Assembly (NCBI GenBank): GCA_035221665.1
Contig: CM069137.1
Span: 41,230,001 to 41,294,000 of the forward strand
Direction: 5' to 3'
Source of the DNA: Okamejei kenojei
Lineage: Eukaryota
DNA length: 64,000 bases
The notes beneath the pieces were generated by a model. It ran no database searches. It was not told where the DNA came from and saw only the letters and a program-made list of their open reading frames with translations. Position 1 is the first letter of the stretch. Each line of letters opens with the position of its first letter. This document shows, piece after piece, positions 38,401-50,495 of the stretch. The position numbers and the translations under genes were made by a program.

Positions 38401-40770
38401 GCTTATTTGATGTTGTAGTGGTTAATATCCGAATAGCTCTAGGGAAGAAGCTGTCCCTGAACCTGGACGTTACACTTTTCAGGCTCATGTCCCTTCTTCC
38501 CGATGGCAGGGGTGAAATGAATGTGAGGCCAGGGTGGTGTGGATCTCTGATTATGCTGGCGGCCTTTTTGAGGTAGCGATTTCGGTAAATCCCTTCGATG
38601 GCGGGGAGGTCAGAGCCGGAGGTCAGAGCCGGTGATGGACTGGGCAGTTTGTGCACACTTTTTCAAAATGTTACCCATTTGTGCCTTGACACAGCATTTC
38701 AATTCCTCCTCTTCAGATTCTCAGGCTCTATCTGTAGCCACACTCTTTCTGCCCATTTATTCCATGGCTTCGCTTTTGATGATAAGTTTTCTGCAGGCAT
38801 TTTACAAAGCACCCTTTGAAAGTTCATGCACACCACTTCGACCACACTGCCCCATGAAATATCTCAAACATTGGTCAAAAGCAATTTGAAAACCTCTGCT
38901 GAGTTTCCTTTAGAAATACATCTGAATGGTTAATAATTTAGTCGCTGGTCTTGTTTCTGTATCTCTGTATCACTGCAGTTGAAATGACTGGCTCAAAACT
39001 ACTGGGTTTGTTTTGGGAACCTGTACATCTCCAGTCCTCTGGCGCCACCAGAGTCTGTGGTGGAGTGGAAGAATGCAGGTGCTGATTTATATCAAAGATA
39101 GACAGAAGATGCTGGAATAACTCTGCAGGTCAGGCAGCATTTCTGGAGAAAAAAGATGGGTGACATTTTGATTCAAGACCCTTCCCCAGTAGGAAGAAAC
39201 GTCATCCATCTATTTTCTCCAGAGATGCTGCCTGACCCATTGAGTTATTCCAACACTTTGTGTCTATTTTTAATATAAACCACCATCTATAGTTCTTTGT
39301 TTCTAAATATTGACACTGAATCCTCTCAGCCACATCAAACACATTCCATCACTTGGAATTAGTTTATTATTGTCACTTATCATCAGGAAGAAGGTAGAGG
39401 AGTCTGAAAACTTCCCAGTTCAAGAATGGCTTCTTCCCAACAACCTTCAGGCTCTTGAACAATACACAACACTAACGTCAACTATAAATATCTATGGACT
39501 TTCTTTGATTGCACTTTGGGTTTTTTTGCAGCAGAATTGTGGCTTTTAATTTATTGAATTTCAGTTTGTTTATTATAAATTCTCTGTATGTATTACATTT
39601 ATAGACCAGTTATTCTGCTGCAATAGGAAATTCATTGTCCTGTTATTGGTATATGTGACGATTAAGCACTCTTGACTCTTGACTCTCTATCCAGGTAACT
39701 CATACCATACATGAGTACAAGAGGTAATGCAAAAGAGAAAATAAACAGAATGCAGAATATAGTGTTGCAGCTACAGAGAAAGCGTGGATTTAAAAAAAAA
39801 GCAAGTTGCACATTGAGATAGATTGGAGGAGTGTAAATTCATCCCCAGCATATGGGAGGTCTGTTCCAGAGTTTGATAACAATGGAGAAGAATATAGAAA
39901 CAAGGAACTGAAGATGCTGTTTTACCAAGGAAAGATCCAAAATGCTGGAGTAACAGTGTGTCAGGTAGTATTTTTCAGGAACAGGCATAGATGAGGTTTT
40001 GTGTTGGGCCCCTTCTTCAGATCCTTCTTCTTAGTTACTCCAGGATCCTGGTGAGCAGCATGTCAGCTATGCAGCAGGAACATCCCGGCGATCCCGCTGA
40101 GTTGGTTCTTGATTATGTTTGCTGTTTTTCCCAGCCAGTGTGAAATGTATATTGAATCAATGAGACAATGTGTGTTGTACTTGGCCACACCCACAACTCC
40201 CTGCAATTTCTTGTGGTCTTGGGCAGAACTGGTGTCAAACAAAGTTGTGATGCATCTTGATATACTAGTTTCTATGGTGCATATGTTGGAATTATTAAGT
40301 ATTTATTTGAAATATGTTGATGGTGTGCTCCCTGGCTGTCGCTTCAATGTGGTTGCTCAGAAGCAATTGTTGGTGATATGAATGCCTAGGAATTTGAACC
40401 CCTTGATCATCTCCACTTCATCCCCATAGACATATACTGGGGAGTTTACTCCACCTTGTTTTCTGAAGTCAGTGACCAGCTCCATGGTTTTGCAGACATT
40501 GCTCATGTTTCCTGCAGCAGTATTCTGGAAATTCCAGTACATTCCTGGGGCATTGGCAGTGCACTGCAAATAATTTATACAACAATGTATATATTGGCAA
40601 GGTAGCTTTGTACACATTATAGATATAGTATAAAACGGAGGGGTTGAATAGCCTCACCCTGTTTAATGTGCTTCTGCCACATAATCTAAACACGATGCTG
40701 ACACGTGGAGGTAGCTCCGTCCATAAATGGAGCCCACCTTTCATCTGATTCCGGCGCCCACGACCAACAA

Positions 40771-40794
40771 TGTGGTGGAGATGCCGGATATAAA
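40771..40794 (+). promoter_or_regulatory. Proximal promoter of copy B (TGTGGT and TATA; FOX/AP-1 block deleted)
   Basis: TGTGGT 40771-40776, TATAAA 40789-40794; a 28-bp deletion relative to copies A and C. Confidence 0.6.
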
Positions 40795-40884
40795 GACCGA
40801 AGGCAGTGAGGTGAAGGCAGATCGAAAGAGAGAAGCAGCAACTTTACTCTGAGAACCCAGCCGGCTGATCCCACACAAGGCAGA

Positions 40885-43800
40885 ATGAAATCCTTCCTCC
40901 TCACCATCGCTGCCGTGCAGATCCTCCACTGCTCAGGTAGGTACTGGGGAGAGGGAGGGTCTCAGAAAGCAATGAGTTACTGGTAATGAGCTTCAGTCAG
41001 TGATAATTCACCAATGTGTAAAAATTATTCACTGATCTTTGTTGGAATGATTTGTACAACTTTCCTTCTCTCTCTGCAGGAGTGCCAAGCACCAAGGATG
41101 CTCTGAGAGCCTCAGTTGCAAAACTGAATGAAATCACCGAGATCACCAACCTGTGTGCGATCACCAGGAGAGGTGTAACAAATGTAAGTGGGTCCTGGTC
41201 TAATTGTGTTTCACAGACTCGGCTCTGTAGGGATGTGCAAGTTAGTTGTCTCCTTTAACTTGTGCCTGGAGTAAATTAATGACAGAAAGCATCAAAGGGG
41301 AACTGATGGGTATGTGAGGGAGAGAATGGGTTGAAGGGTTGCAGGGCAACAAAGAGAGGAGGAATAGGACAGGTGATGGATAGAATAGGTTGGGATTGTT
41401 CTGTTGGGTGCCAGTATAGATTAGGTGGGTGCTCAGATAAGATAATGTATAGACACAAGAGTTTAATTACTAAACATGAGCTCGATATTAGCAGGTTTCA
41501 TTGCATATCAGGTCAAGAATTTAAATCCAAAATCTATATTTAACTCTGGAAATTTTGGACTACATGTATCTTTTGGAATAAAGGTTGTAATTTTACCTTT
41601 TTGGCAAATTAAGTCTCTTGCTCATTATGGGTGTTAATGCTGGCACTGCCAATGTAATCATCTGCTGAAGTAAAGGCCTGTGTAGTTCTAAGCTTTATCA
41701 AACCATTGTAATAACACTAGATATAAGACTTATCAATAGACTATTTTCTTATCATCAGACCTATCGCACGGGTAAGCTGTCATACAACGTGGATTTAACA
41801 TTCACCGTGAAAGAAACCGTCTGCTCCAAGAATTCTGGACATGAATTTGATGATTCCGGTTGCACCTTCTGCCCTAAAAAGATTGCTGTAAGTCCAGAGT
41901 TATATTTTAACCATTTATACCTCTGTGTGTAACGGGTAACAACATAGAAAGAGATATCACAGATTATTTCATATTTCATAGAAATTACCATACCTGCAAA
42001 GAAAAGGCTGAGAATTGTGTTATATCATAATCACTGATTCAATGTTGTGCTTGGAGTCATCAATAATTTCCCTGCATTTTGCTTTATTTTCACAGGAGAA
42101 AGGGTTTTGCAAAAGCCGCGTGGAATATTTTGCTGATAAAGTGGCTGACGTTGATGTGGAGTGTGAAGGTCTGAAGACATTTGACAGCGAGAGTGACTCA
42201 ATAGAATCGAGTGAAACCAGTATTGAGGTAACCACACAGTTATACAACTTAGGGCAGTGGGATTTCTAACACATGAGATCATTCACAAAACATTTCTTTG
42301 GCGTCTTGTTCTAAAGACCTAAATGTAAATATTTTTTGTATACAGACTCGAAGCAAATCAAAGGAGTCTTCGTTGGGGAAATCTGCACATGTGAGTATTA
42401 ATTAGTATTTATCCAATAATTGATCTTGTTGATCTTAATCAATAGCAATGAAGTGTTAGCTATTCCATTCAGAATAGTGAGTGAGACAGCGCGTTGTCCC
42501 AGTCTGATATGTAGGGATGGGATTCTGATATTTGATGCAGTACATGATATGTCTGGTCTCCACTGAAGTTGAGATGAGCATCAACAGTCTGCCAAGCTCA
42601 TACCAATTATAATCAATGAGCACAAATCCTTCATGGAGTGAAACCAAAGTTCATTAAAACAGAAGGCAATTGATGCCTGTTCAACCTGCCATAAGAATAT
42701 CCATTGACTCTGCTCAACCACTTTACCAGGCATTCTTTTCAATATTGGGGCACTGTAGAGAATGAAACTTTTTAGTTGAGCTTCCTCAGTCCAAAACTAC
42801 CTCATTGAATCAACACTTGGGAATGTAGAATTATCAATCCCACATTGATAATTCAATATTCCAGTCTACCATTTGTAGGGAACAATCCATTTATGCATGT
42901 TACTGACCAGGTAGATGCTGTGCTAATTTTGTGAATGTTAATGCTTTCATACAGGTGGAAAGCAAGTCAGAAGAAACTTCACTGGAAGAATCTTCAAACG
43001 CAAGTTTAATTTTGAATTATTAGATCTTGATTCTCAACTACATTATGGTATAAAACTTAGATTGATCTGTTGGAATAGAATGGAAGGATTTTACCTCATA
43101 ATCTGCCTATTCCAAACAGTTAAAGGAGGATACTGAGTGGTCTTTGAATATTATCTTCCATCACAACACCACTTTATTGAACAAACACTGTTCCATGTTT
43201 CAATTTCTGTTCTGTCCGAACCCAATGACTGAGCCTCCACGGCTCTGGGTTGGAGAGTTAGTAAGGTTTTTCTTCACCTCAATCCTAATTGAGACTGTAT
43301 CCCATGTTTTAGACTCCTGAGAATGCGGAAACATCCCCTCTCTCTTCCCTGCTATGCATTTTCATAATTATGTTCATTGTGAGGAAATTGTGAGGAAATC
43401 ACCTCATTCTTCTCATCTTTAAATGTTTAAGCCTACTCAGTTCCTCATCTTACGACGGATGCACCATCCTAGGAAATTGCCTGGAGAACCTTCCTGCACA
43501 CTTTATAGTATCGAACATATCCTTTCTTTGGTAAGGAGACCAAAATTGTGCACAATACTCACAAAGGCTCCAAGTCATTGTAGTATTCTCTTGTAACAAA
43601 AGCAACATATCATTTGCCTTCGTAACAGACCTCCACTTGTACTGAACTGCAACTCTGAAATATCTAGATATTTTACGATGACTCCGTTAGAAGTCAATAT
43701 TTAATATCTGTGTATGCTGGCAATTTTTCAACTACAGTCATGGATTATTATTATTTTCACCAGGGTGAAATTAAATAACTTGCTCACATGAAGCTTACGG

Positions 43801-44822
43801 AGTAAACCACATGCACATAATAATGATAAATACAACAATATACAAAACACTAGACTGTAGTGCAATCTGAAGCAGTGGAAAAAATTAATATACAATTATG
43901 GATGAAGTGAATTGTGTAGAGTTAAGATCAGGAGTATGTGGCAGTACTTCCAGGAAGTGGGTGAGAAAGAGATGATTGTTTCAGGAGTCTGATGGCAATT
44001 CATATATTTTCAAAATTACTAATTAGTGTCCCGTGCTATAAAGTGAGTATAAATAGAACATTTTTCAGATAATCTTGACTGTGTAAAGACATTTAATAGC
44101 TTGGGTTCAACTATATTAAAATATGGGGAGAGAGAGCCAATTACTTTATGGCAGTTCAATGCATTTATAAAGGGATTCTGATCTTTGAGTCATGTGGGGA
44201 AGTTGGGCTGATGGGGGATTGTTGTGTTGGGTCCACTGACCCCACTCCCGGCATTATCCAGAGAGATATATCGGAGCGAGAATATTGTTCCACAAATGCT
44301 GTTGGATATTCTCTATTCAGTAACTGAGGATTGGCAACTTCACCCTGAGTGTGGATTTGTTTTTTTGCTTCATTTTGAAATAAGGAAAGGAAGTGCACTT
44401 CTCCTGAGGACAATCCTGGTGTGTGCACAGATGTAACCGGTGGCTTCTTTAGGGGAGCATCCCAGACATAGTCGCCATTTAACAGTTTTAACATAATTAC
44501 CTGTTGTTGGAATGGGCGAGTGGGGTCAGGAGGACTTTAGCACAGCCGTGACAAACTGATGGAATAACTCACCTCTATTATGTAATAATTGATCTCAGAG
44601 CCCCAGCATATCAAGACTTTACTGCACTTCAAATGTGAACTGTTTATTGTGCAATTCCCAGTGACTTCTGTGTATTCCGAGATTTAGAGTGATTCAAGTT
44701 GCACAATTAGAAACTGAAATTATTAAAACTTTGTGTATGGACATGATGCTAAAATATTTTAAATATACCTTGTCAAATAGGTGAAAAGTAAATCAACAGA
44801 GGTATCAGTGGAGGAGTCTTGA
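40885..44822 (+). CDS. SPP2-like copy B, C-terminally eroded (~182 aa) or incipient pseudogene
   Basis: Exons 40885-40936, 41080-41183, 41759-41887, 42096-42227, 42346-42390, 42955-42999 (GC donor), exon 7 deleted (~44040), 44781-44825 with TCA>TGA at 44820-44822; ancestral last exon 44943-44975. Confidence 0.75.
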
Positions 44823-47800
44823 AATGTAAGTGTAAACTGAGGCGTTGCGTCATGTTGTTAGCATCTTTAAAACAATGAAAAAAGATTGAAGTAGTGTGAA
44901 CTTAGACCAACATTAAATGACTCATGATTTCCTCAATTTCAGGAACAGAATGAGGACTCAAGATGGAGACACTAACCACAAATGAAACTCCTGAGAGCCT
45001 GAACTCAGTGTGAACACAAGAAGACCTCATTCAGAATAAACTAGACATTGTCACCTGTACTGTACTTGCTCATATACAAGGACAGGGGCCTGGAGCTCCT
45101 GACTGTACATATAATTGTAACTAGGAGATTCTACTGTTTGTAAATGTTCTGTTCTTTGTTGTATATTATTATGTAATAAATTGTGGATCTAAATAAAATT
45201 ATTAAGAAATATTGATGGATTTGTTTCCAGAAGTTGTTTTGCATGTCACTGATCTACAGTGGTTCATCAAGTCATTGTCCTCGAGTCAGCCGGTCCCTCA
45301 TTGATGATGCAGCTTCTTTGTCCGGTGAGACCTCCTGATGTGGGACCTTCTCTGTCTGGCGAATGTCCTGATGTGTTGGACTATTAGCTATTCTATATCA
45401 ATGTCAGGCACTACAACCTAGATAGCTTATTTCACTTTTGCAAGATTGAAATCGTCTAGTGCTGTTTGTGTGGAGTTTGTGTGTTCTCCCTGTGACTGCT
45501 TGCATTTGTATTTGGGTGGTTGAATCGTTCTAAACATTTTAGACATTCATTTTATATCGAAGTCAAGTGAGTCACATGGCATGGGAATCGGAGCTGTTCG
45601 AAACTGCTCCGGCAGGTAAGACAATTTTGTTTCAGGAACGGGCAGCTGTTCCGAAAATAGGTGTAGAGGGCACGGAGAAGCTGACAAGTGCAGCCTGTGC
45701 AGCTGCCGCCGTTGGAGCTCCGAACGGGAGCAGGCGGCCGGACTTGCTGAGGCCGCCAGTGAGGCTCCGGATGGGAGTAGGCAGACGGACTTGATGAAGT
45801 CGCCAGTGAGGCTCCGGTTGAGAGCAGGCGGCCGGCCTTAGTAAAACTGTCAGGTGCGGCCCATACAGTTGCTGCCTTGAGGCTCCAAACGAGAGCAGGC
45901 GGCCTGAATTAGGAAAGCTAATGGGCGTGACCCGTGCAGCTGCCGCCAGTAAGGCTCCAGAAGGGAGCAGGCGGCTGACCGCGGAGACGTTGACGGGCGC
46001 AAACCGTTCAGACACCTCCATGGAGGCTCCAGAAGGGAGCAGACAGTGGTATGCGGAGAAGCTGAAGGGCGTGACCCGTACAGCTTCCTCCTTTGAAGCT
46101 CCAGAAAGGAGCAGTCGGGAGTCACTATCTGGCCCCGCATTATCAGCCTCTTGGTCCAGGCTTACAGTACTGGCAGGCGTGACCTGTCCAGTGATCCCCG
46201 CTGAGGCTCTGAAGGAGCAGCTGGCCAAATGAGCAGCCTGTCGAACCAGGCTGGGAGAAACGGGCAATGCGATCTGCCAAAAAAGGCAGAAGGCTGTCGA
46301 ATTAAGCTCAGAATACTAAGGCTCCGAAGGAACAGAAGGGGCCGAAGGTAATTCCTAAAAAAATTGCTCATTTATGCAGGGCCAGTAACATGCAGCCTGC
46401 AAAGTATCTCTTCGGAGAGGACTTATGTTAGCAAGTTTAAAACTTGCAGGAAGAATTTTAGGAGGCTGCAGGGGTGGTAGAAGCATCATATGTGAGTAGG
46501 GCTTCAGTATTCCGGCGGGCATACCACCTCTATATATAACAGTAGGAATCGTTACTCTGAGGCTAGTTGGAACACCAGGCCTACTCAATTCAGACCTAGC
46601 CAGAGGCCTTTTTTTAGCCCAGGACCATCGCGCTCACCGTGTTGAAGAGAATGAGTTGCGCACAGTGGCGACTGAGATAGGTTGTTCCAGGCAGAGGACT
46701 GCGGTTGCAACTCCTGGTTCATGGTTGCATTATGATATTTTCCAATCTGAGGGTGATTCGGCCTGTGAGGAGTTGACAGGGAACCTGTATTCCCACACCA
46801 AGTGGATGCTATGCTTCAATTCTAGTCGCATAAGGAACTGTACTGATTCTGTCAGACACTGGAGGTTTGTAGGTTAATGCCATCAGTTGAGGCAAAATCA
46901 AAGTTGGAAGGCATTAACCCCAGAAAGATTTGAGAATTCTCAGGGGAAGAAAAATGTAGCATGCCAAATCAAGTTAGGATTTGGCAAGTCTGATCATGTG
47001 TTTGGTTAACCAGTTTAAGATGGATAATTGTCTTATAGCAATTTAGCTGACTCAGAGGATTTAGGGCCTCAATCGATCTTGAAGATGCATACTTTTCCAT
47101 ATCTATACACGAGAGGCACAGATATATCTGGTGTTTTTTATGACAAAGCCAGTAGTGGAAAGTTTAGGCTCTACCTAGGGGTTGTCATCATGCCTAGGCT
47201 ATTTACAAAGATTCTAAAGCTAATGCTGCCCTACTCAGATCAAAAGGGCATTGTGTCATGGAGTTTATAGACAACATGCTTTTGTAGCTGATAAGACTCA
47301 GTGGTTTTATCAGTAGATGCCTCTTACGATATTAAAGATGCAGCAACATCTAAGGGGGTAGAGGAACTGAAAGAAATTTTCATTAGGCGATAAATAGTAT
47401 TGGGTAGGCTAATGGGACTGAAGGATGATAAATCCCCTGGACCTGATGGTCTGCATCCCAGGGTCCTCAGGGAGGTGGCACTAGAAATAGTGGACGCATT
47501 GGTGATCATTTTCCAATGTTCAATAGATTCAGGATCAGTTCCTGTGGATTTGATGGATAGCTAATGTTATCCCATTTTTCAAGAAAGGAGCAAGAAAACG
47601 GGGAATTACAGACCAGTTAGCCTGACTTCGGTGGTGGGAAAGATGCTGGAGTCAATTTTTAAAGAGGTAATAATGGGGCATTTGGATAGCAGTAAAAGGA
47701 TTAGTCCAAGTCAACATGGATTTATGAAAGGGAAATCATGCTTGACTAATCTTCTGGAATTTTTTGAGGATGTGACAAGTAAAATGGATGAAGGGGTGCC

Positions 47801-49816
47801 AGTGGATGCAGTGTATCTAGACTTTCAGAAAGCCTTTGATAAGGTCCCATTCGGGAGACTGGTGACTAAAATTAGAGCACATGGTATTGGGGATAGGGTG
47901 TTGACATGGATAGAAAATTGGTTGGCAGACTGGAAGCAAAGAGTAGGAGGGAACTGGTCCTTTTCAGAATGGCAGGCAGTGGCGAGTGGAGTGCCGCAAG
48001 GCTCGGTGTTGGGGCTGCGAATGTTTACCATATATATTAATGATTTGAAAGAGGGAATTAGGAGCAACACTAGCAGGTTTGTGGATGACACAAAGCTGGG
48101 TGGCAGTGTGAACTGTGAAGAGGATGTTAGGAGGTTGCAGGGTTACCTGAACAGGTTGAGTAAGTGGGCAGATGTGTGGCAGATGCAGTATAATATAGAT
48201 AAATGTGAGGTTATCCACTTTGGCGGCAAAAACAAGGGGGCGATTATTATCTCAATGGGGTTAGGTTAGGTAAGGGGGACGTGCAGCGAAACCTGGGCGT
48301 CCTTGTAGACCGGTCACTGAAAGTTGGCTTACAGGTACAGCAGGCAGTGAAGAAAGCTAATGGAATGTTGGCCTTCTTAACAAGAGGATTTCAGTATAGG
48401 AGTAAAGAGGTTCTTCTGCAGTTGTGTAGGGCTCTGGTGAGACCACATCTGGAGTATTGTGTACAGTTTTGGTCTCCTAATTTGAGGAAGGACATCCTTG
48501 TGATTGAGGCAGTGCAGCATAGGTTCACGAGATTGATCCCTGGGATGGCGGGACTGTCATATGAGGAAAGATTGAAAAGACTAGGCTTGTATTCACTGGA
48601 GTTTAGAAGGATGAGGGTATATGTTATAGTGTGGCGTCAGCCATATATGCTCGAACCCTCGTCAGGAGATACGAGGGCGGGCACGTGACGTCATGGGCTA
48701 GAGGGAGTGTCCTGGTACTTAAGGTCTCTTACCTCGAGACCTAGGAGAGTCAACAGGTAGCTGAGCCCGAGAGGACAACCTCGCTCAGCTACAGCAACTT
48801 TGTAATATAGTTAGCGCACCCACCTAACGTGCCATTAATGAATAAACAACCGTTTGAACCGACCTGATGTCTCACCTTTATTCACCACGTATGGTGCCGC
48901 TACATTGGTGACCCCGACTGTCCATATTGAAATTTGGATTTCTCCTGAAGCACGCAGCCTCGGGAGACCTGATGTCTGCAGCCGGTTGCCCAGCCCTGCA
49001 GAACTACGCTGCCGCCAACCAGGCCCAGCAGTGAGGTATGCCGCGTCTTCCCCACCAGCTGCTGCTCACCGGAGATGAGAAGCCGCGGCTGCCGCCGCCC
49101 TCCCTCTCCCGGCAACGGCGCAGGCCCCGCTTCCAACCCCCACACCGCTCCAGGCCTTGTGTGACGGCCGCCGAGCTCCTCCGCATGACCTGCCCGGAGC
49201 CCACCACCGGAGCGGAGAGGTTGTACCAGCCGCCGCTGCCCCACCAGCTGCTGCAGGAACTGCAAGAGTAGCAGCCTCCTGCCCACTACAACGCCGACGC
49301 ACGCCCGACAGCTCTGGGAGCAGAGAGTACCCGCCGCTCTCCCGCTCCCGGCAACGGACTAGGCTCCAGGCCCTGCACCGGGCTTCACCACGGACATGGT
49401 TTCAGCCCCGGCACCGCACCAGGCCTCACCGCATCTCCAGGCCTTGCACCGGACCCGGCCTCACCGCGGCCAAGGCTCCAGGCCCTGCACCGGCCTCACC
49501 TCACCCGGGCTCACCGCTCCAGACCCGGCACCACAACAGGCCTCACAGCGGCCACGGCTCCACGTCCTGCCCTGCACCACGCCTGGCCCCGCCGACCGCT
49601 GCCCAGGGCCTAGCCACCCGATAGGGCGGGCTTACCTGAGGCGACCGCCGTGGAGACGCCCTTCTGCTCCTCACCGGTCTTCAATCGCTGGTGAATCCGC
49701 TTCAGCCGGCCGACAAGATGGCCGCCGCACCATCTTGGAACAAGCGGCCGCCCGACTACAAAAATGGCCGCCGCGGACGGCCGGAAGTGAAGTACGAACT
49801 TACCTGACCGCCGTCT

Positions 49817-50056
49817 ACAGCGCCACCTTCCGGCCGGATGCCGTCACTGCAGCCTCACTGCCGACCACAGCGCCACCTTCCGGCCGGATGCCGTCACTGC
49901 AGCCTCACCGCCGACCACAGCGCCACCTTCCGGCCGGATGCCGTCACTGCAGCCTCACCGCCGACCACAGCGCCACCTTTCGGCCGGATGCCGTCACTGC
50001 AGCCTCACCACCGCCCACAGCGCCACATTCAGGCCGGAGGCTGTCCCTGCAGCACT
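49817..50056. repeat. 50-bp GC-rich minisatellite (~4.7 copies) inside the LTR element
   Basis: Unit ACAGCGCCACCTTCCGGCCGGATGCCGTCACTGCAGCCTCACCGCCGACC at 49817, 49867, 49917, 49967 and 50017. Confidence 0.95.
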
Positions 50057-50268
50057 ATCCTGCACTATGAACACTGGACAATATGAGCTTTGGACACTGA
50101 TTGCACTGTGATTTGTCTTTTTACTGTTCATTTTTGTGTTCACTGCATTTCCACACTCGGTTCAGAAATTAGTTTATTTGATTTAGTTTTTTCCCCCCAT
50201 CGTTGTTAGGAGCCGTATTTCACAGGACACTCTCCCTTAGCTGGTCAAGGAGATGCGACCGTGTCTCT

Positions 50269-50495
50269 TCGGTCTCCTCGCACCCCTCGGTACATCGGGA
50301 TCGCCCACGCAGAGCGTCACTGCGCCCGTGGAGCCCTCCGTCCCGACCCACGCCCGGGGTGTCCCAGACCCCTTCTGTCCAGCGGCTTCTGCATCGGTCT
50401 CCTCGCACCCCTCGGTACTTCGGGATCGCCCACGCAGAGCGTCACTGCGCCCGTGGAGCCCTCCGTCCCGACCCACGCCCGGGGTGTCCCAGACC
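50269..50495. repeat. 102-bp direct repeat x2 inside the LTR element
   Basis: 50269-50370 and 50394-50495 are near-identical. Confidence 0.9.

Noticed and set aside
49817-50495. CRISPR-like array or coding repeat
   Set aside because: Head-to-tail repeats without unique spacers, inside a eukaryotic LTR element, with no cas genes.
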